Of a stretch of 64,000 nt of DNA, positions 50,201 to 63,357 are shown piece by piece. The translations under genes and the position numbers were made by a program. The stretch's first letter is position 1; each line of letters opens with the position of its first letter. The notes beneath the pieces were generated by a model that was not told the origin of the DNA, searched no databases, and saw only the letters and a program-made list of their open reading frames with translations. The DNA comes from Takakia lepidozioides. Taxonomy: Eukaryota; Plantae; Bryophyta. The stretch lies in the NCBI GenBank assembly GCA_030704615.1, contig CM060734.1, positions 37,448,001 through 37,512,000 on the forward strand, read 5' to 3'.

Positions 50201-53200
50201 GGTTTTTGAGGCTCAGCTGGTACAGATGCATCAGGTGCAGGCGTTGAATCCTCCTCTTTAGTGGCCTCGCCTCCACTTGCTGCGGGCTCTTGAGGGGCCT
50301 CTCCTTTCTTCCCTTTGGCAGGTGGTTTCTCTGCTGGTTTTTTGCCTTCTTTCTTGCCAGCAGTGTCCTTGAGACCATCTTTCTTTGCTTCCTTCTCCTT
50401 CCCCTTCCCACCTGAGGCATGCATGTTCAAACCAATTGACCTTTCACAAAAATGAAGGAAGGAAAGGCACCCCCTACCTCGCCGTGATATTTCTGAGTGT
50501 TCCCAAAGATATTGTGCACATCTTCCAGGTCAGCACAGGTGATCCAGCTTGGATTTAAAGGCTAGAAGAGATATCATGCTAATATCTTCCGAAAGTCTTA
50601 GAAATATACATACAATGAGTAGTTGTGTTACTACATTGCCATCTCTTTCTTCTTGCAGCAAAGATTGACTTCTTGGCACAAGTTAAGGATCGCGATCTAT
50701 AATGAGTCCATTCTGAAGACCACAGTGCATTTATGCATTGTTTCTTTCACCTGGCCAATGATGTCTACAGACATGATCTTACGGCATGTGTGACTAGAAC
50801 CGGGTCATGGGACACATTACACACCTAGATGGATGCAGAATTAAGAAAATAGATATATAATGGCACCATTCTGCATGTAAGGATTGCGTGTCCATATTAT
50901 ACCATGTTGCTACATGTGAACAGGAAGATATGGTGCTACACACCTGTTGAGGCCTTTGGTTCGGGTGATACCGCTTCAGACTCTGGAATTTCTGTTGCTT
51001 GAGGCAGGGTGGATTTTCTCTGATCAGTCTGGACATGACAAAGTAGAGTTGAGTGGAGAGAGATACACAAACATTCGGTCACAAATTGAAGTTTGGATGC
51101 TGTCTCACAACATACAACAATGTCTCCTGTGGTTAGAGAACTTTGGTTAGACACCTTGGTGACTATTCAATCATGCAACCTGTCAGACACCAATAAACTT
51201 TAGCAATGATCTCTAGCAATACATGTGGCTCCACTCTCTCAGACCGTACAGTTTTGCCATACATACACTCAATCCAGTCGTCTCTTAGATCTTGCAGGCA
51301 TTATGACCCCTTTGAACCTACACTTCACATAAGCTTCCACTTTCCCAGTGCAAATAGCTTAATGGACAGCTGATTGATTTAAGCCAATATTGTTCCTGCC
51401 ACTAACCGGGCCTCAATTCTTTCAAGCATGTTGTGAAGATGTTAAGGTGAAGCCAGTATGTTTTACAGGAGACACAGTTATGATGTATATGTCTAACTCT
51501 CTGTACACATGTGTTCCTCACACCAAGTCTCTGACTTCCACCTGGTGTAATTATTCCAACAGAAAATACAGCATAATCTCTGATCTGAGCAGAACTGACC
51601 TGGAGTACAAAAAACCCCTGATTGTTAGCAGTAATCCAACTAGGCCCCCCTTCACAGTCATGCTGGTAATCACTCACATTGCCACCACGACATAACACCT
51701 GCAACACAGGAGCCTCCTTTATTACAGTAAGCATGGTTATGGACACTCTACATCATTTTGAGCACATGCCCTCTTCAGACAGTAAGAACGACTACAGCCA
51801 CATGTGGCACATTGATTGCAAGGTATAGTACCACAGGCCAGTGCTGGAATCAACCTCACATTTCAAGTACGGTGTCAGTGCCAGCCCTTGAATTAACCAT
51901 CCTGGACACTGGTTGGCAGTGCGTAAGCACTATGACAATATTGGGCCAAGTGTATATATGCTGGTGGGTGGAAACCCCTTGACAGTTTTGTTACCTTAAC
52001 ACGGAACAGATTCAGAGGGCTTGTGAGTAGATCTTCTATCTATGGACCTCATAAAGCTTCTTTACTTTTCTCTACACACACACACACTATGAGATCCATG
52101 GCATATTATTGTCACTTAAGAGACTCCCAATCTTTGGCAGAGGCTTTCAGCTTTAGGACCCAAAGTGCCTGGCAGCCTAGCTGCATAAACCACCTCTTCA
52201 GTCACCATCTGATGTCTTTGCAAGTGATTTTTCAATGTTCTACTTTGTCTGAGGGGTCCTGGTGACGAGCTAACCCCACTGAAAGACAAGGAACCGATCT
52301 GCACATGTACAGGGGTGCACCCTACTATGCGTGGAGCCACTCTTCGGATCCATCTTACCACTTGTGGAGAGAGTGCACCACCTATCCATCAACCTATTAC
52401 ATACAGTGGGTAAGCATCCGCTACATTCCCCAAGGTTGCTTCTGATTCCTTGGCAGCGACATAGTCAATTATAAACTCAAGTCATGGATGAAAATAGTCA
52501 GATTGCCTCACAGCCGCGCTGTGCTGGGTGGGGAGCCCCCCCCTCATTTGTACTCTGGTTTGGATGGTCACTAAAAGTGGCGTCTCTTTCCATAAAAAGA
52601 ACAGGGGTTGCAATTTCGACTGGTATAGCAAGCACTATTGCTGTATCCCAAGACAAATTCTCTGAATAACATTCATTTTCCTTCATGTTTTCGGGTTAAA
52701 GGGGCAGGCGGAGCAGACATGCCGGAATCTTTTGCAGAAGAGGCCATGCAATCATTGCTACAAAAACTCTCCCACCACAGACATGACAGTCTTCCACATT
52801 GCATCTACTTAGACCCCTATGCAGTTGTACTTCATCAGCTGCATGCTATGCAAAAAGATTAGTCTCATTAATCATATTGGATATGCAAAGATGAAAGCTA
52901 ATGAAATGAGGACAAGCCCCACAATGAAAACTGAATGAGGGAACATGTTCTTCCAAAATAGGTGCTAGTGTCCAGGAGTGATCTGCAGTTCCAGCCTGAG
53001 GCTGGAAGGGTAAATAAATGGCTAGCCCCTCTCTCCCTCCCACTCTGTGCCTACAGCAAGAAAACTGATAACACAGCGAGGTCCGCGGCAAGGCTAAGGT
53101 ATCTGTATAATGGTGAAGCAAAATACATGATATGTGCTGTTGCAAAGATAGCTTGTTCAGGAAGGAATCCAGAAGTGTTGCATTACGGCTGTGGTGTAGC

Positions 53201-56200
53201 TTCCAAGCAATAGAGGTGGCCAGAAAAATGTGTTTAATAGAAGTGGTTCTAGTCTCAGAACTGCTCATTACTGGTCCGACCTCGTGCCTGGAAAACTTGA
53301 CCATGACCTGTTAATTTCTTACTGATCCAACTGCTTGCTCGACAACTATCACCAAGCAAAGGTGCAAGATTGAGCTCCAATATAGCTAGAGAGATGTACT
53401 TGGCAGGAGGCTACAGTAGCGATAGATTGAGGGGTAGAAAGAAAATGACAGCCAAGTCGACCTTCCAAGAAGCACACGCAGATGTTCATGGATCCATATG
53501 CTTCTAAGATACACACATAAATGGATTTTAATATGTGACACATGTGACCTCTGGTGAAAAGGTCAGACTCAACCATTGATGCATCCGAAAACTTTACGAT
53601 TCACTAGAAGCAATATTCACCTGAGCATCTCCATTCTCTTTGTAGCGAACAACAGTGCCGGATGGTAGCACACTTCTCCAGGCCTCTAAGTCTCCTTTCT
53701 CCTTGAGCAATATATCCCTTACACTCTGTGTATTGCTGATAGGGAGTTCCTTGTCTCCATCAGACACAGCTTCATCAGGTACTTCTTCAGGTGTAGGAGT
53801 GGCAGGTTTTTTGGGTGCTTCAGGGCTTTTCGCTGTCTCTTTCGTGCCTTTTCCGGCCTCTTTTGCGGACTTTGCAGGTGCTTCCTTGGCAGGCTCTTTT
53901 GCTGACTTTGGAGGTGGGCTTAATGGAGGGCCTGGGGTAGGAGGAGGTGGTACAGCAGACAAATCTGTGGGATCTCCTGTAACTGGACCAAATTGTACTT
54001 TAGAACCTCCAGTGTCAGAACAGGTGCAGTCTTGTGCACATGCTTCCTACAATTTTGGAATTGTTCTCTCTTTTGCTCCTGGTTTTCCTCTGAAGCGCAT
54101 GAACATGGCATTTGAAAAAATGGCTTCTAGGCAACACAGAGGGGACCCGGTGTAGTGCAGGGAGTCGCCGGATATATGGCTTTAATAGATAAACCGTCTG
54201 AAAGTCAAATACTCATCAAAGCATTTGTATACTCAAATAGAGTTTCCTACCTGTTCATGTTTAAGGTAAAACACTGATGCAGTGAACCAAGAATCTATAC
54301 AAACACACTACAGGAATCAATTACCACATGCTGCAAGACAATTCTTCATAGCTTCTCACTGGGTTAGTTGTCCACGTAACTTCCTTAAGCCAATGTGTAG
54401 GCTCATCAGATGTCTGACAAGCCCTGCATATTTAATCTATCTGCAAGTTCACTCGCGAGATTTTCTAGTGTGGTCCAATTTTTGTCTTATGGAACCTGTA
54501 ATGCATGGTACTGGCCATACTTGTTCTGAACATTTGAAGAAGTTTGTGACACCTGAAACATGACATTCCAACAAATGGTGCACTCCCATCCTAAAATGTA
54601 TGTCTACATGGTCCCACCTTTGAGGCCTGCAAACATATAGGCCAAGGGCACAAGAAAGATCACCATTGGTGTCATGAGGTGGCTCATCCTTTTTTGTGAG
54701 GTCAGCCGGAAACATCATAACCACTCCCGTTGAAGTTAGCTCAAATGTTTGACCAGCAACATTTGTAACCTGGACGCTCATGGTCCCATCTTTAGCATGG
54801 AAGAAACAGACAACAAGACCATCCCTCAGGCATGCTATAACACTCTTTTGCAGAGGTGTAGATGAGTTGTCGGCTGGCCCTGACCCCCGTAGCAGAATCA
54901 TGATGCCATCCTACATACCAAATAATCACTTACCAGTGTCATCGCATGTCTTGAGTTTGATTCATGTTATCAACTATACGTGACCTCTAAATAGCACAAA
55001 TTTATTTTAGTTAGTTCTATTGTGTCCAACAGGCTGTTTGGCCCCCTAGAGACATTGATTGATCCATATCTGTCCACATAATACAAACATACATCTAAGT
55101 TTCTCCTCAAATGGGAATTGGTCCAGTAAATACTCAAGTTCTCAAAGTAACCAAACACATTGGAAGCAATTTTCACGTGTAGGGCTCTCATATCAGAACT
55201 TGCAAAGCATCATTGCTCTGGAGCACTCACTAGCTTGTTACATGCACATGCTACTACCCAACTCTGCTTGTAATTTTACCTACTGTAACACATTCTCTTA
55301 TTCTTCCAGAACAGCAGCTATTGCTGATCACTACTTGGACAGTTTCCCAAAATCAACAGGAAGAGATGCTGACCTTGATTACGGTTGTAGTTGGTTCCCA
55401 CTGAACGGGTGACTTTGATGGCAAGCCACACCATACAAGGCCTTCTTCCTCTGTCAAGTGGCATCGAAACCTCTCCAAAATAGTGCTGTATTGTTCCTCC
55501 AAGTCATATACTGCATGCTTGGTTTGTATGGTCATGGAGGGTGATGGCGAGTCAAGTTTTGAGCAAAAGTCACTGAAGGATACCTGCCAGACACCCGAGC
55601 AGGTTGACTATCTACTGCACCGAAAGTAGGTGGATTGATCTGTAAGAGCAAGAGAGCAGCCCTTGGCCTCTTCATGACTACAGCCAAGAAGCCAGCACAA
55701 AGGAGGTAGGTAGATGACACAACTATGCTGCTCAATGTCACAACGGAAATAAGTTACCTGAGATGCTATGATGCCCTCCCACTCGTGGTCCCTTTCATCG
55801 GCAAAGAGAACGCTGAGAAGGCAATCTTCATCCCTGTCATACTTTTGAAGCTCATAAGGTAGAAGGCATTTTGCTCTGCAATGAACTTCGCCCAGCAAAC
55901 CATCAGGAAACCCCTCAACATACCGCCGATCTATGATGGTTTTGAATGGCAAAAACATTTCAGGCTCTTTCTGTTCCAATGGTTCGAACTCCGATGGATC
56001 GGGCTCTGGAGGTGGTGTAGGGAACCTGTATATTTTAAGTCCTGGACACCCACAATCAACCAGGTACTTTTCCATTTCCTTCTCTTTTCTTTCCTCTTCA
56101 GTGAGACCATCATCTTCTTCCTCTGACGTACCATCCTCAGTTCCATCTTCCCCATCCAGGCCAGTGGCATTAGAGTCAGGTGGAGTGTCCTCTATAGGCC

Positions 56201-58733
56201 CCTCTAGCGTCAAGACAATTTTCTCGTTTTCTAGTAGCATATCCAGAAACATTTTCTGTCACATAGCAAAGGGAATAATCATTGATAGGCCCTTCAGTTA
56301 TCACTTAAAAATTCAAATCAGAGCAACTGAAGTGGATGCACCATCAATTAATGTACTTGCACCACCACTGCACCAGCAACCTACAGGTTGCAAGATGATT
56401 ACCCAACTCGATGCAAACCCTACATTACAACTCTTTCATCAGATGGACAATGCTTGTCATTCCACAGAATATGTATTCCCAAACGGACAGGTAGTTTCGT
56501 CTTTCCTGTTCTTACACTTCTGGTTGGCAAGTGAAGAATGTCCCACTCAATTTGGAACATAAATGTATAACCTAGTGCAACTTGAAAGTCCATTAAAGAA
56601 CATAACATTTCACACGTACCAGTTTTCTGTATCTCTGGACCGCAGCAAAGTTGGCAGGAAGTAAAGAGGTCCCACCGCCATCATCTTCTCCTCGAATCTC
56701 CAAAATCACAGGTGGACCATATATATCGTCAAGCTCACGGTAACGAGGTCCAGTGGATTGTCCTATGACTTTAGATCCACCATTTGCGAATTCCTGGAGA
56801 GCTGATAGTGAGGCTGCTCTTTTCTCCTCTGAAAGTTCTGGGATTCTGGGTAGTCCTAATCGGAGCTTCCCTGGCAATGTAGTGTTGAGCAACACATGCA
56901 GTCAGTCTGTGGTTCACCTACTCCAGAAGATGACAGGAGAGTACTGGAAAGGGGAAAGTCAATTCTGACTTCAATTCTTTGAGCTAGTAAGTCAGACATG
57001 CTGTTTCTGGTGTTAACTTTCAATTTTACCTGGATAGGCCAATAAGTACAACATGCGCTTCTCCACTTCAACGACATTTGCTGAATCCAGGAATGCAAGT
57101 GGCCTGGGTTTAGCAGTGGCAGCAAGGCGTCCAACCCGACTGAATTCTTGCACAACCAACAAGTGTGGTTCCCCTTCCAACGTACAAGTGGACGATCCTC
57201 CAGAGCTGACCGGTGTCTCTTCTGAAGTGGTTGATGCAGATGAGCGTGAGATACCTTCATCCATGGACTCAACTACAGAAGGTCGTGAGGCTTGCATTAT
57301 AGAACCACTTCTGGATAATCCAGGCCCACCTAAACCAGATCCAGTCTGAGATGATCTTTTATCTTGACCTAAACCCACAGCAGCTTCAGACGCCTCGAGT
57401 TTTTTGATGACCAATGTACTTTGCGATTTTCTTCCTTCTACACCTGGTAGGTCCCCTTCAATGATTGGTCCCAGTTCAGTGTTATTCAACGCATCCTGCT
57501 TAGCTTTTTCTGCCTCCTCCTGCTCAACTTGCATTCGCTCTAGCAAGTCCTTGAGGAAATCTGAGGGTTGTCGGAGATTAGAGAGTCCATGCCCTAACTT
57601 CTGGAAGGAACTTTCAAGGCCCTTGGCTAGCCTTGTATTGCTTTTTGCAACTTCCAAGGCTTCCATGTCTTCAGAGGGGCAATCGTATACCGCGACTTGC
57701 TCAACCAAACAGTGTAACAAGACTGGCACACTTACCAGTTCGGAGGGGACTTCATCCAACAAAGTCTTGTAATAAGTCATATTCACATCCTGGAAAGAGC
57801 AGCAATAAGTTGAAATCATTGAACTCAAATTCATTCATAAGGACCATCTACATGCCTGTAGATAGCTGTGTCTCCCTGCTCAGTGTCTCACAAAGGTACT
57901 GAGCCCTTCAAGACACCAATAACACGTAAAGACCCTGTCAAGATGTGCAATGGTCATGCCCAGCTTTTGGGCAGGCTTCCAGATAATGTTTACATTCTCC
58001 ATCTCCACTGGAGATTCAAGACATTGTTACAATAATATTTACGTGATAGTAAAGGGTGATGGCATAGAGATATTTTGTGAAATATTGGATACAAGAGTAA
58101 AAGCTTTCTTTTCCTCGTTTAAGCTTGATTTGTCTTAGCAGGTCAAGCCAAGAAACTCTGTGACGGCATAGAGATACTTCGTGAAATATTGGATACAAGC
58201 ATAAAAGCTTTCCTTTCCTCGTTGAAGTTTGAATTGTCTTAGCAGGCCAAAGCCAAGAGCCTATGTAAAATCATAAGTTAAACCCAAAAAAAATCTGCAA
58301 TCCACCGGCTTTAGAAATGGTCCTGAACTTCTACATTTTCCTCATTAGTTTTAATAAGTGCTGCACAGTTGAAACCACTGTGCAACTGGGCCACGCTTGT
58401 AGGTCACTACTCATTTACTAACTACATGTAATTTACTCCTGACCACGTGCTGAATAAGCCACCAAGCAGGGATGACTTCCTCTCAACAAAGAAAAGTCTT
58501 CAGCAGATCTCCTTTGGCAATGCCATCAGTGTAGCAGTCTGCTGACAATTGGTCTATCTACGTAACCATGCTTGATTTCCTACTGCTCTGGTTACAGGTC
58601 TAGTGATGAAAGAAAAGTTGTGGGCCACCTAACTCACCTTGAAGGGAACTGCCTCAGGGATAGCCAAACTCTCTGTGATGTTTCCCGCCAAAGCATCAAA
58701 TGCTTGCACTTGGACCATTAGATTTTGGGATGC
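28929..58733 (-). CDS. SPAG17: SPAG17/PF6-like axonemal central apparatus protein; multi-exon, 5' part lost in the assembly gap
   Basis: Family-like motifs in order: DVNMTYYKTLLDEVPSELVSVPVLLHCLVEQV (~57790), RSVLPSGTVVRYKENGDAQ (~53650), DPDSGNAIMTREDLVVVM..VQHADGTHI (~50100), PRLFVIHEGGHGYEM (~47320), YFHAEEGLHFL (~45940). The C-terminal PapD-like domain is spread over exons ~30906-30718, 30403-30305, 30105-30034 (VAPGM) and 29249-28929. Not every internal exon was resolved. Confidence 0.85.
31997..32920 (-). mobile_element. 5'-truncated RTE-X-like non-LTR retrotransposon (intronic)
   Basis: C-terminal RFRVGSHNLRIETGRW..LCPAC..ETEEHFFFYCPLYYEIR (CCHC), short 3' UTR and a (CATTT)n tail. Confidence 0.85.
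34567..34700 (-). mobile_element. Short 3' tail fragment of the same LINE family
   Basis: Diverged copy of GAAATG..GGTACTTTAT..GGAAAGCTCA..GAGCTTATGGGACAA. Confidence 0.75.
36600..36950 (-). mobile_element. Older, diverged RTE-X-like 3' remnant (second family)
   Basis: Frames give LQMETK and ENEHRLLFSCPTYY, resembling the LxIETGR and ExExHxLxxCPxY motifs. Confidence 0.45.
37385..40963 (-). mobile_element. Stack of nested, truncated RTE-X-like LINE copies and tails
   Basis: The tail motif recurs at about 37390, 37610, 37755, 37800, 38180, 39630, 40185, 40245, 40320 and 40445. The longest copy (~38175-39610) has RT motifs GVKQGCPLSPTLF, LLYADD, VNLSKTKIMVF and YRYLG. Confidence 0.88.
40964..41362 (-). 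repeat. 3' LTR of copia element
   Basis: Direct repeat of 45270-45668. Confidence 0.96.
41370..45265 (-). pseudogene. Copia gag-pol, frameshifted with small deletions
   Basis: CFRCGKFGHFQKDC; WYLD/GATNHMC; LWHRRLGHL..CEGC; QNEVAERLNRTL; HMDVKTAFLNG; LYVDD; YSDADWAG; HARTKHIDIKHHFIRE. Split over at least 4 ORFs. Confidence 0.93.
45270..45668 (-). repeat. 5' LTR of copia element
   Basis: Direct repeat of 40964-41362, abutting the PBS. Confidence 0.96.
45674..45890 (-). mobile_element. Continuation of the LINE fragment interrupted by copia, plus another 3' UTR piece
   Basis: GACATGTAGTTCCATAAG..CTAATGAGTCTGTTGC matches the uninterrupted copy at ~32521-32562. Confidence 0.8.
58061..58258 (+). 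repeat. Two-copy ~105-bp tandem duplication (intronic)
   Basis: GGCATAGAGATA..GTGAAATATTGGATACAAG..TTGTCTTAGCAGG..AAGCCAAGA at 58061 and 58166. Confidence 0.85.
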
Positions 58734-59233
58734 NNNNNNNNNNNNNNNNNNNNNNNNNNNNNNNNNNNNNNNNNNNNNNNNNNNNNNNNNNNNNNNNNNN
58801 NNNNNNNNNNNNNNNNNNNNNNNNNNNNNNNNNNNNNNNNNNNNNNNNNNNNNNNNNNNNNNNNNNNNNNNNNNNNNNNNNNNNNNNNNNNNNNNNNNNN
58901 NNNNNNNNNNNNNNNNNNNNNNNNNNNNNNNNNNNNNNNNNNNNNNNNNNNNNNNNNNNNNNNNNNNNNNNNNNNNNNNNNNNNNNNNNNNNNNNNNNNN
59001 NNNNNNNNNNNNNNNNNNNNNNNNNNNNNNNNNNNNNNNNNNNNNNNNNNNNNNNNNNNNNNNNNNNNNNNNNNNNNNNNNNNNNNNNNNNNNNNNNNNN
59101 NNNNNNNNNNNNNNNNNNNNNNNNNNNNNNNNNNNNNNNNNNNNNNNNNNNNNNNNNNNNNNNNNNNNNNNNNNNNNNNNNNNNNNNNNNNNNNNNNNNN
59201 NNNNNNNNNNNNNNNNNNNNNNNNNNNNNNNNN
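58734..59233. other. Assembly gap (500 N)
   Basis: Run of exactly 500 N. Confidence 1.
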
Positions 59234-59965
59234 GAAAATTTGCGCTATGTCTTTTAGAGTGGACGACGGAAACTCGACCATCAAATTGAACATGTGTTCA
59301 TCATGAGTTGGTAGCCATTGAAAACGACGTGTTTTCGGGGTTACATTGGTGTTGTTCATAATATCATTTTGTTGTCGACCCCTTTTTTTAGTGACATATT
59401 GTGATATCAAAGAAGGTTGTACCGATATTGCAAATCCCGAAATTGAAAGCGATTGAGAATTTGAAATCGAGGTCAACGGCATAACATTTGAAGTGCAATG
59501 AGTTCTTTTCAAAATAATAGGTTCAAAGTGCCCACTCTTCGTAGCGTGTCTATCGTCATAAAGTAGTTGGAGAGGGGTATGCGCAACAAATTGATCACCC
59601 ACAGAAAATATTATTCTTTTATTTACTCGAGACCATAACCGAATGGGTCTTTGTAAATAATTTGCTAAACAAAAAATGGCACGATTATCACCTTCTAAAC
59701 CTCCACAAACAACATTTTTGGACATTTGTTGAACAAATTCATCAATTGTGCGAACACCATGTAACTCATAGAGGGCGTCCAAAGAAAAGTGGATTTGAAT
59801 CATTTCGGCCACCTCATCAGTGGGCAATTGTAAAGTTTGCATAAAATGTTTCAAGGTTTGACGACGGAGATCTGTAGATGATATTTCAAAATGCAGCAAA
59901 TAAGCAACTGAATCAAATAAACAGTCTTCAACAACATAATGGTAATCGTGTACACGATGCAAATT
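59234..59965 (-). CDS. OTU-like cysteine protease exon with C-terminal Myb/HTH-like segment, copy 1 (runs into the gap)
   Basis: DCLFDSVAYLL...DLRR (Cys box), AIFCLANYLQRPIRLW, and LLY....GHFEPI (His box). AG acceptor at ~59967. Confidence 0.7.
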
Positions 59966-60666
59966 CTGATATTGTAATATTAAGTCTATCTATGTATCCA
60001 TTATTAAGAGAGTAAATTAGATATAAAAATAAGGTTGTAAAAAAACTGAATTAAGGTTCAAGTTGTATTATAACAGAAAATAATATTAATGGAGGTTGGC
60101 CAGATTAGATAGATTTTGAAAATCTTATAAGAACACAAACAAGCAATGTACAAGGCAATGAAACGTCGAATAAAGAGTTGCTAAACAATAATAATAGTAC
60201 ATTATATGTTTTGATGAATTAAATTTCATAGATATTGTAGTAGATAAATCTGAATTGAAAAATTAAGTGAGAGACTGGCTGATTAACTGAGGAACTGGCT
60301 GAAAATGTAGCTGTAAACAAAAAGGCTGAAGTTTGTAAAATTGAAAGAACACACAAGAATGGCACAATATTGTCAAAGTACTCATATATTGCAACCATAA
60401 ACCACACACAACTCACAAAAATGGATTAATAAAATCCAATCATGTTGTGTGGGCTCTATTGTCATGGTAAGAACTACTTTGACGAAGTAGAGATGCTCAG
60501 GAAAAATGCTTCACATATGAAGCAGCACCATGAAACCAAATAGCCTATAGATGTAGGAAGTCCAAGTTAATCCGAGGAAATCCGAGCATACACTAAACTA
60601 TTGTAAAGGTTGATACACCTGAAAGCAGCCCTCTAGTCTAGCATGCTCTTGAATGCAGCAAAAGAA

Positions 60667-62000
60667 CTATGCTGCATGTTCTTCAAATCCAACCAAATCC
60701 CCCACAGGGTTCAAAGAAAACCGTCCCACATGACGCACGCTAGAGAACGCCTCGATGATGGAAAGTCTGTCTGTTCTATGAGCATTTTTCAGATCTTCCT
60801 CGATCATGCCCACTATGGCCTCCACCCAATCTGAATTGACATACACCTGCACAATCCCATCCACACCCTGAATGCTACCAGCTATGCAAACATGAAGGGC
60901 ACAGTGACTTGCTGTTTTGCAAGCATTACAAAAGAACAAGTCGTCATCCTGACGTGCTATGTCCTCGAGGCCACATGTGGCACACACTCGTTTGAAGGGT
61001 GGAGTGGAAGGCGAGGTGATGTAAAAAATCCCCAAAGGTGTTAGAGATGAGAAGATAATGCAATTGCAAAACAAATAGAAAGAGGAGAAACCTTGAAAAT
61101 AAAAATAAATCATTACCTATGTAGCTATGCCATGTCCTCCATGGGCTGTTTGGGCATTATGCACTCGCTGCAAAGCGGCACATGTGTCATCATGCAAAAC
61201 ATGAGCGAAAATGGTACAAGGGAGTGTGACCAGCCGCATGTCACCGCTCTGAGTTGCCCCAATGTTTTTGAAAATTGCATATGTAGCACCTCCCCTACGA
61301 AACTGCTGGACTAACCGCTCATATTCTGCATGGAACGCTGGCAGAAAACTGACCTCCATACACTCAAACAATACCATTACTACTCCATAATAAGTTTAAA
61401 ATAGCATAACAAAGAAAAGGCGAAAAGCAAACAAATGGTAAGAGACTTACAATCTGAACATCCAGCTGAAAAGGCCCCATCCGCCACTGTCAGCTCGAAA
61501 CGCTGTTCCACCTGACCACGTACTCCTATAACCACCACAGCATTAGTGGCGGTAGCAAACTTCTCATGGAATCGTTTTGAGAAAGCACTGATGGTGTCTT
61601 TGCAAAAGAAGTTGAGTATTGGAGGGCTCTGAAATGGTGCTATGACCTGCACAAGGGTGACGGAGGTAATCTTCAAACAGTACACCAAATCACCTCTCTC
61701 GAACTTAAGCTTAGGACGCACGGAGAAATTCTCCAAGCGCACATAAGCGCCTTTGCAGAACTTCTCTGAGTGTGTTTGGACCAATGACCCGAACACAGTA
61801 ACATTGACCGTTGTGAAACCAAGCCTATCTGTGAGATCACAATGCAAATAGGACCATGTGCTGGGAGACTCCTGAATAGAGGGCTTGTTCACATTGCCAT
61901 ACCTACTCAAATCAACCTAGAGCAATGGGAAAAAAAAAGACTTCGCGTGCCGGAGGGCTCCAAGAAAGGTTGACGCCGTAGCTGTGTAGGACTTAGCCAT
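60667..62000 (-). pseudogene. RPA70-like OB-fold ssDNA-binding protein gene with premature stop
   Basis: ATG 62000 with in-frame TAG 61919-61917. HCDLTDRLGFTTVNVTVFG..FCKGAYVRLENFSVRPK..F..Y.LKITSVTLV resembles RPA70 DBD-A. CATC..FFCNAC resembles the DBD-C zinc ribbon. Confidence 0.65.
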
Positions 62001-62017
62001 TTCAACTTCTTCTCTAA

Positions 62018-63336
62018 TGCGCCCGCTAGATAGCTAAGTTAGGCCAACCACTATCAAGAACTGCAAAGTGGTAGGCTTCTTGATTATTTCTTTGACAACC
62101 CGATATTTTAGTTATGACTAAACAGAGTGGCAGAACCCATCGTGACTGCTCCCTGTGGGAGTGGCCGAGACATAGAATCGGCGCCATTGTACTTCCAAAC
62201 AACAGAGCGTGTGCGAAAGGCGCAGAGGAAGGAGAAGATGCTGATGAGCGCTTCCAGGGGAACAGTTGGAAAACACCTGGTAAACTACAAGCGAACTTAG
62301 TTGAGGAGGAAAGGATACGTGACACAGCCCGACAATCGGCCCTCCATCGCTGCCGGATCTAAAAAAGAACACATTGAAGCCAGAGCTGTCTACGGAAGAT
62401 GTGGAAAATGGTGAACGTGGCGAAGACGGTACTATCAAGCCCGACAGTGAAGCTTGATCAAGCAGTCAAGATAGCAAACAGCCTGTCGGGCCATGGGGAA
62501 GGCTTGAGGTTGGGGCAAATCGAGGATGTAGAGAGTCAAGAACAACTCGCAAGCAAGGTGCAAGAAGAGTTGTTCTTCTTTTATTGTTTCTTTGCGGGAG
62601 TATAATACAACTCTTGGGGAGCGAGGATGCACGCCATGGCAGCAAGAAGCATAGCTCCCAAATGGGAGAAAGAAGGACTGGTAGAGGAGGGATAGTGACT
62701 CCTCTCTACCCATGGTGTACTCAGATCGCTGAAAATGGAGGGGCCTGGCCGAACACACCCGAGCATCACCAAAAGACATCATCTCATGTCAGCAGCCACA
62801 GAGTGGAGTGCATCTGGAGGGAGGCGAAAACGGAGCCAACCACGAGTTCCAAGAAGACACCAAGTCCGATCAGAACCCGAGATCTCTCAATCACATACAG
62901 TGGAGGAGCACATGGACCACGAGATAAGGCAATACCAAACGGAGCCGGGAGGACCTGTCTCTCAACTCGAGCGGCAGCGGGCGGCATTTTCTGCCTGTCT
63001 TTACAAACTTAGCGTTCGCTCAAGAGAAGCGGGCTGCCCCCTGATCAACCTTTACAACACCACAGATAAGTACAGGGGCATTCCCAACGTTGTGATTCCA
63101 AGGGCTATGATGAAGAACGTTAGGGAAAATGCTACAACATTTGCTATTCTCACAACAGGTTATGTGTTGAATACTTCTCGTCTTCACCTGTGGGCCAGCA
63201 CGAAAGCTAAATCGCTAACATATGCTCCGCTCAACACTTACAAATTTCTGAAGGAGCAAATATGGCTGCCTATAACCACTAACCATACAGGCGCAATTGT
63301 GGCTTGCCTCTTACCAAACATGTATTTTGTTTTTGC
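62018..63336 (+). other. Degenerate unknown coding-like region divergent from the RPA-like gene
   Basis: Overlapping GC-richer frames (largest 62735-63370) ending at a (TA)n tract; no recognisable motif. Confidence 0.25.
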
Positions 63337-63357
63337 TATATATATATATATATATAT

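Noticed and set aside
58639-59306. ORFs spanning the N run
   Set aside because: Artefacts of translating the gap.
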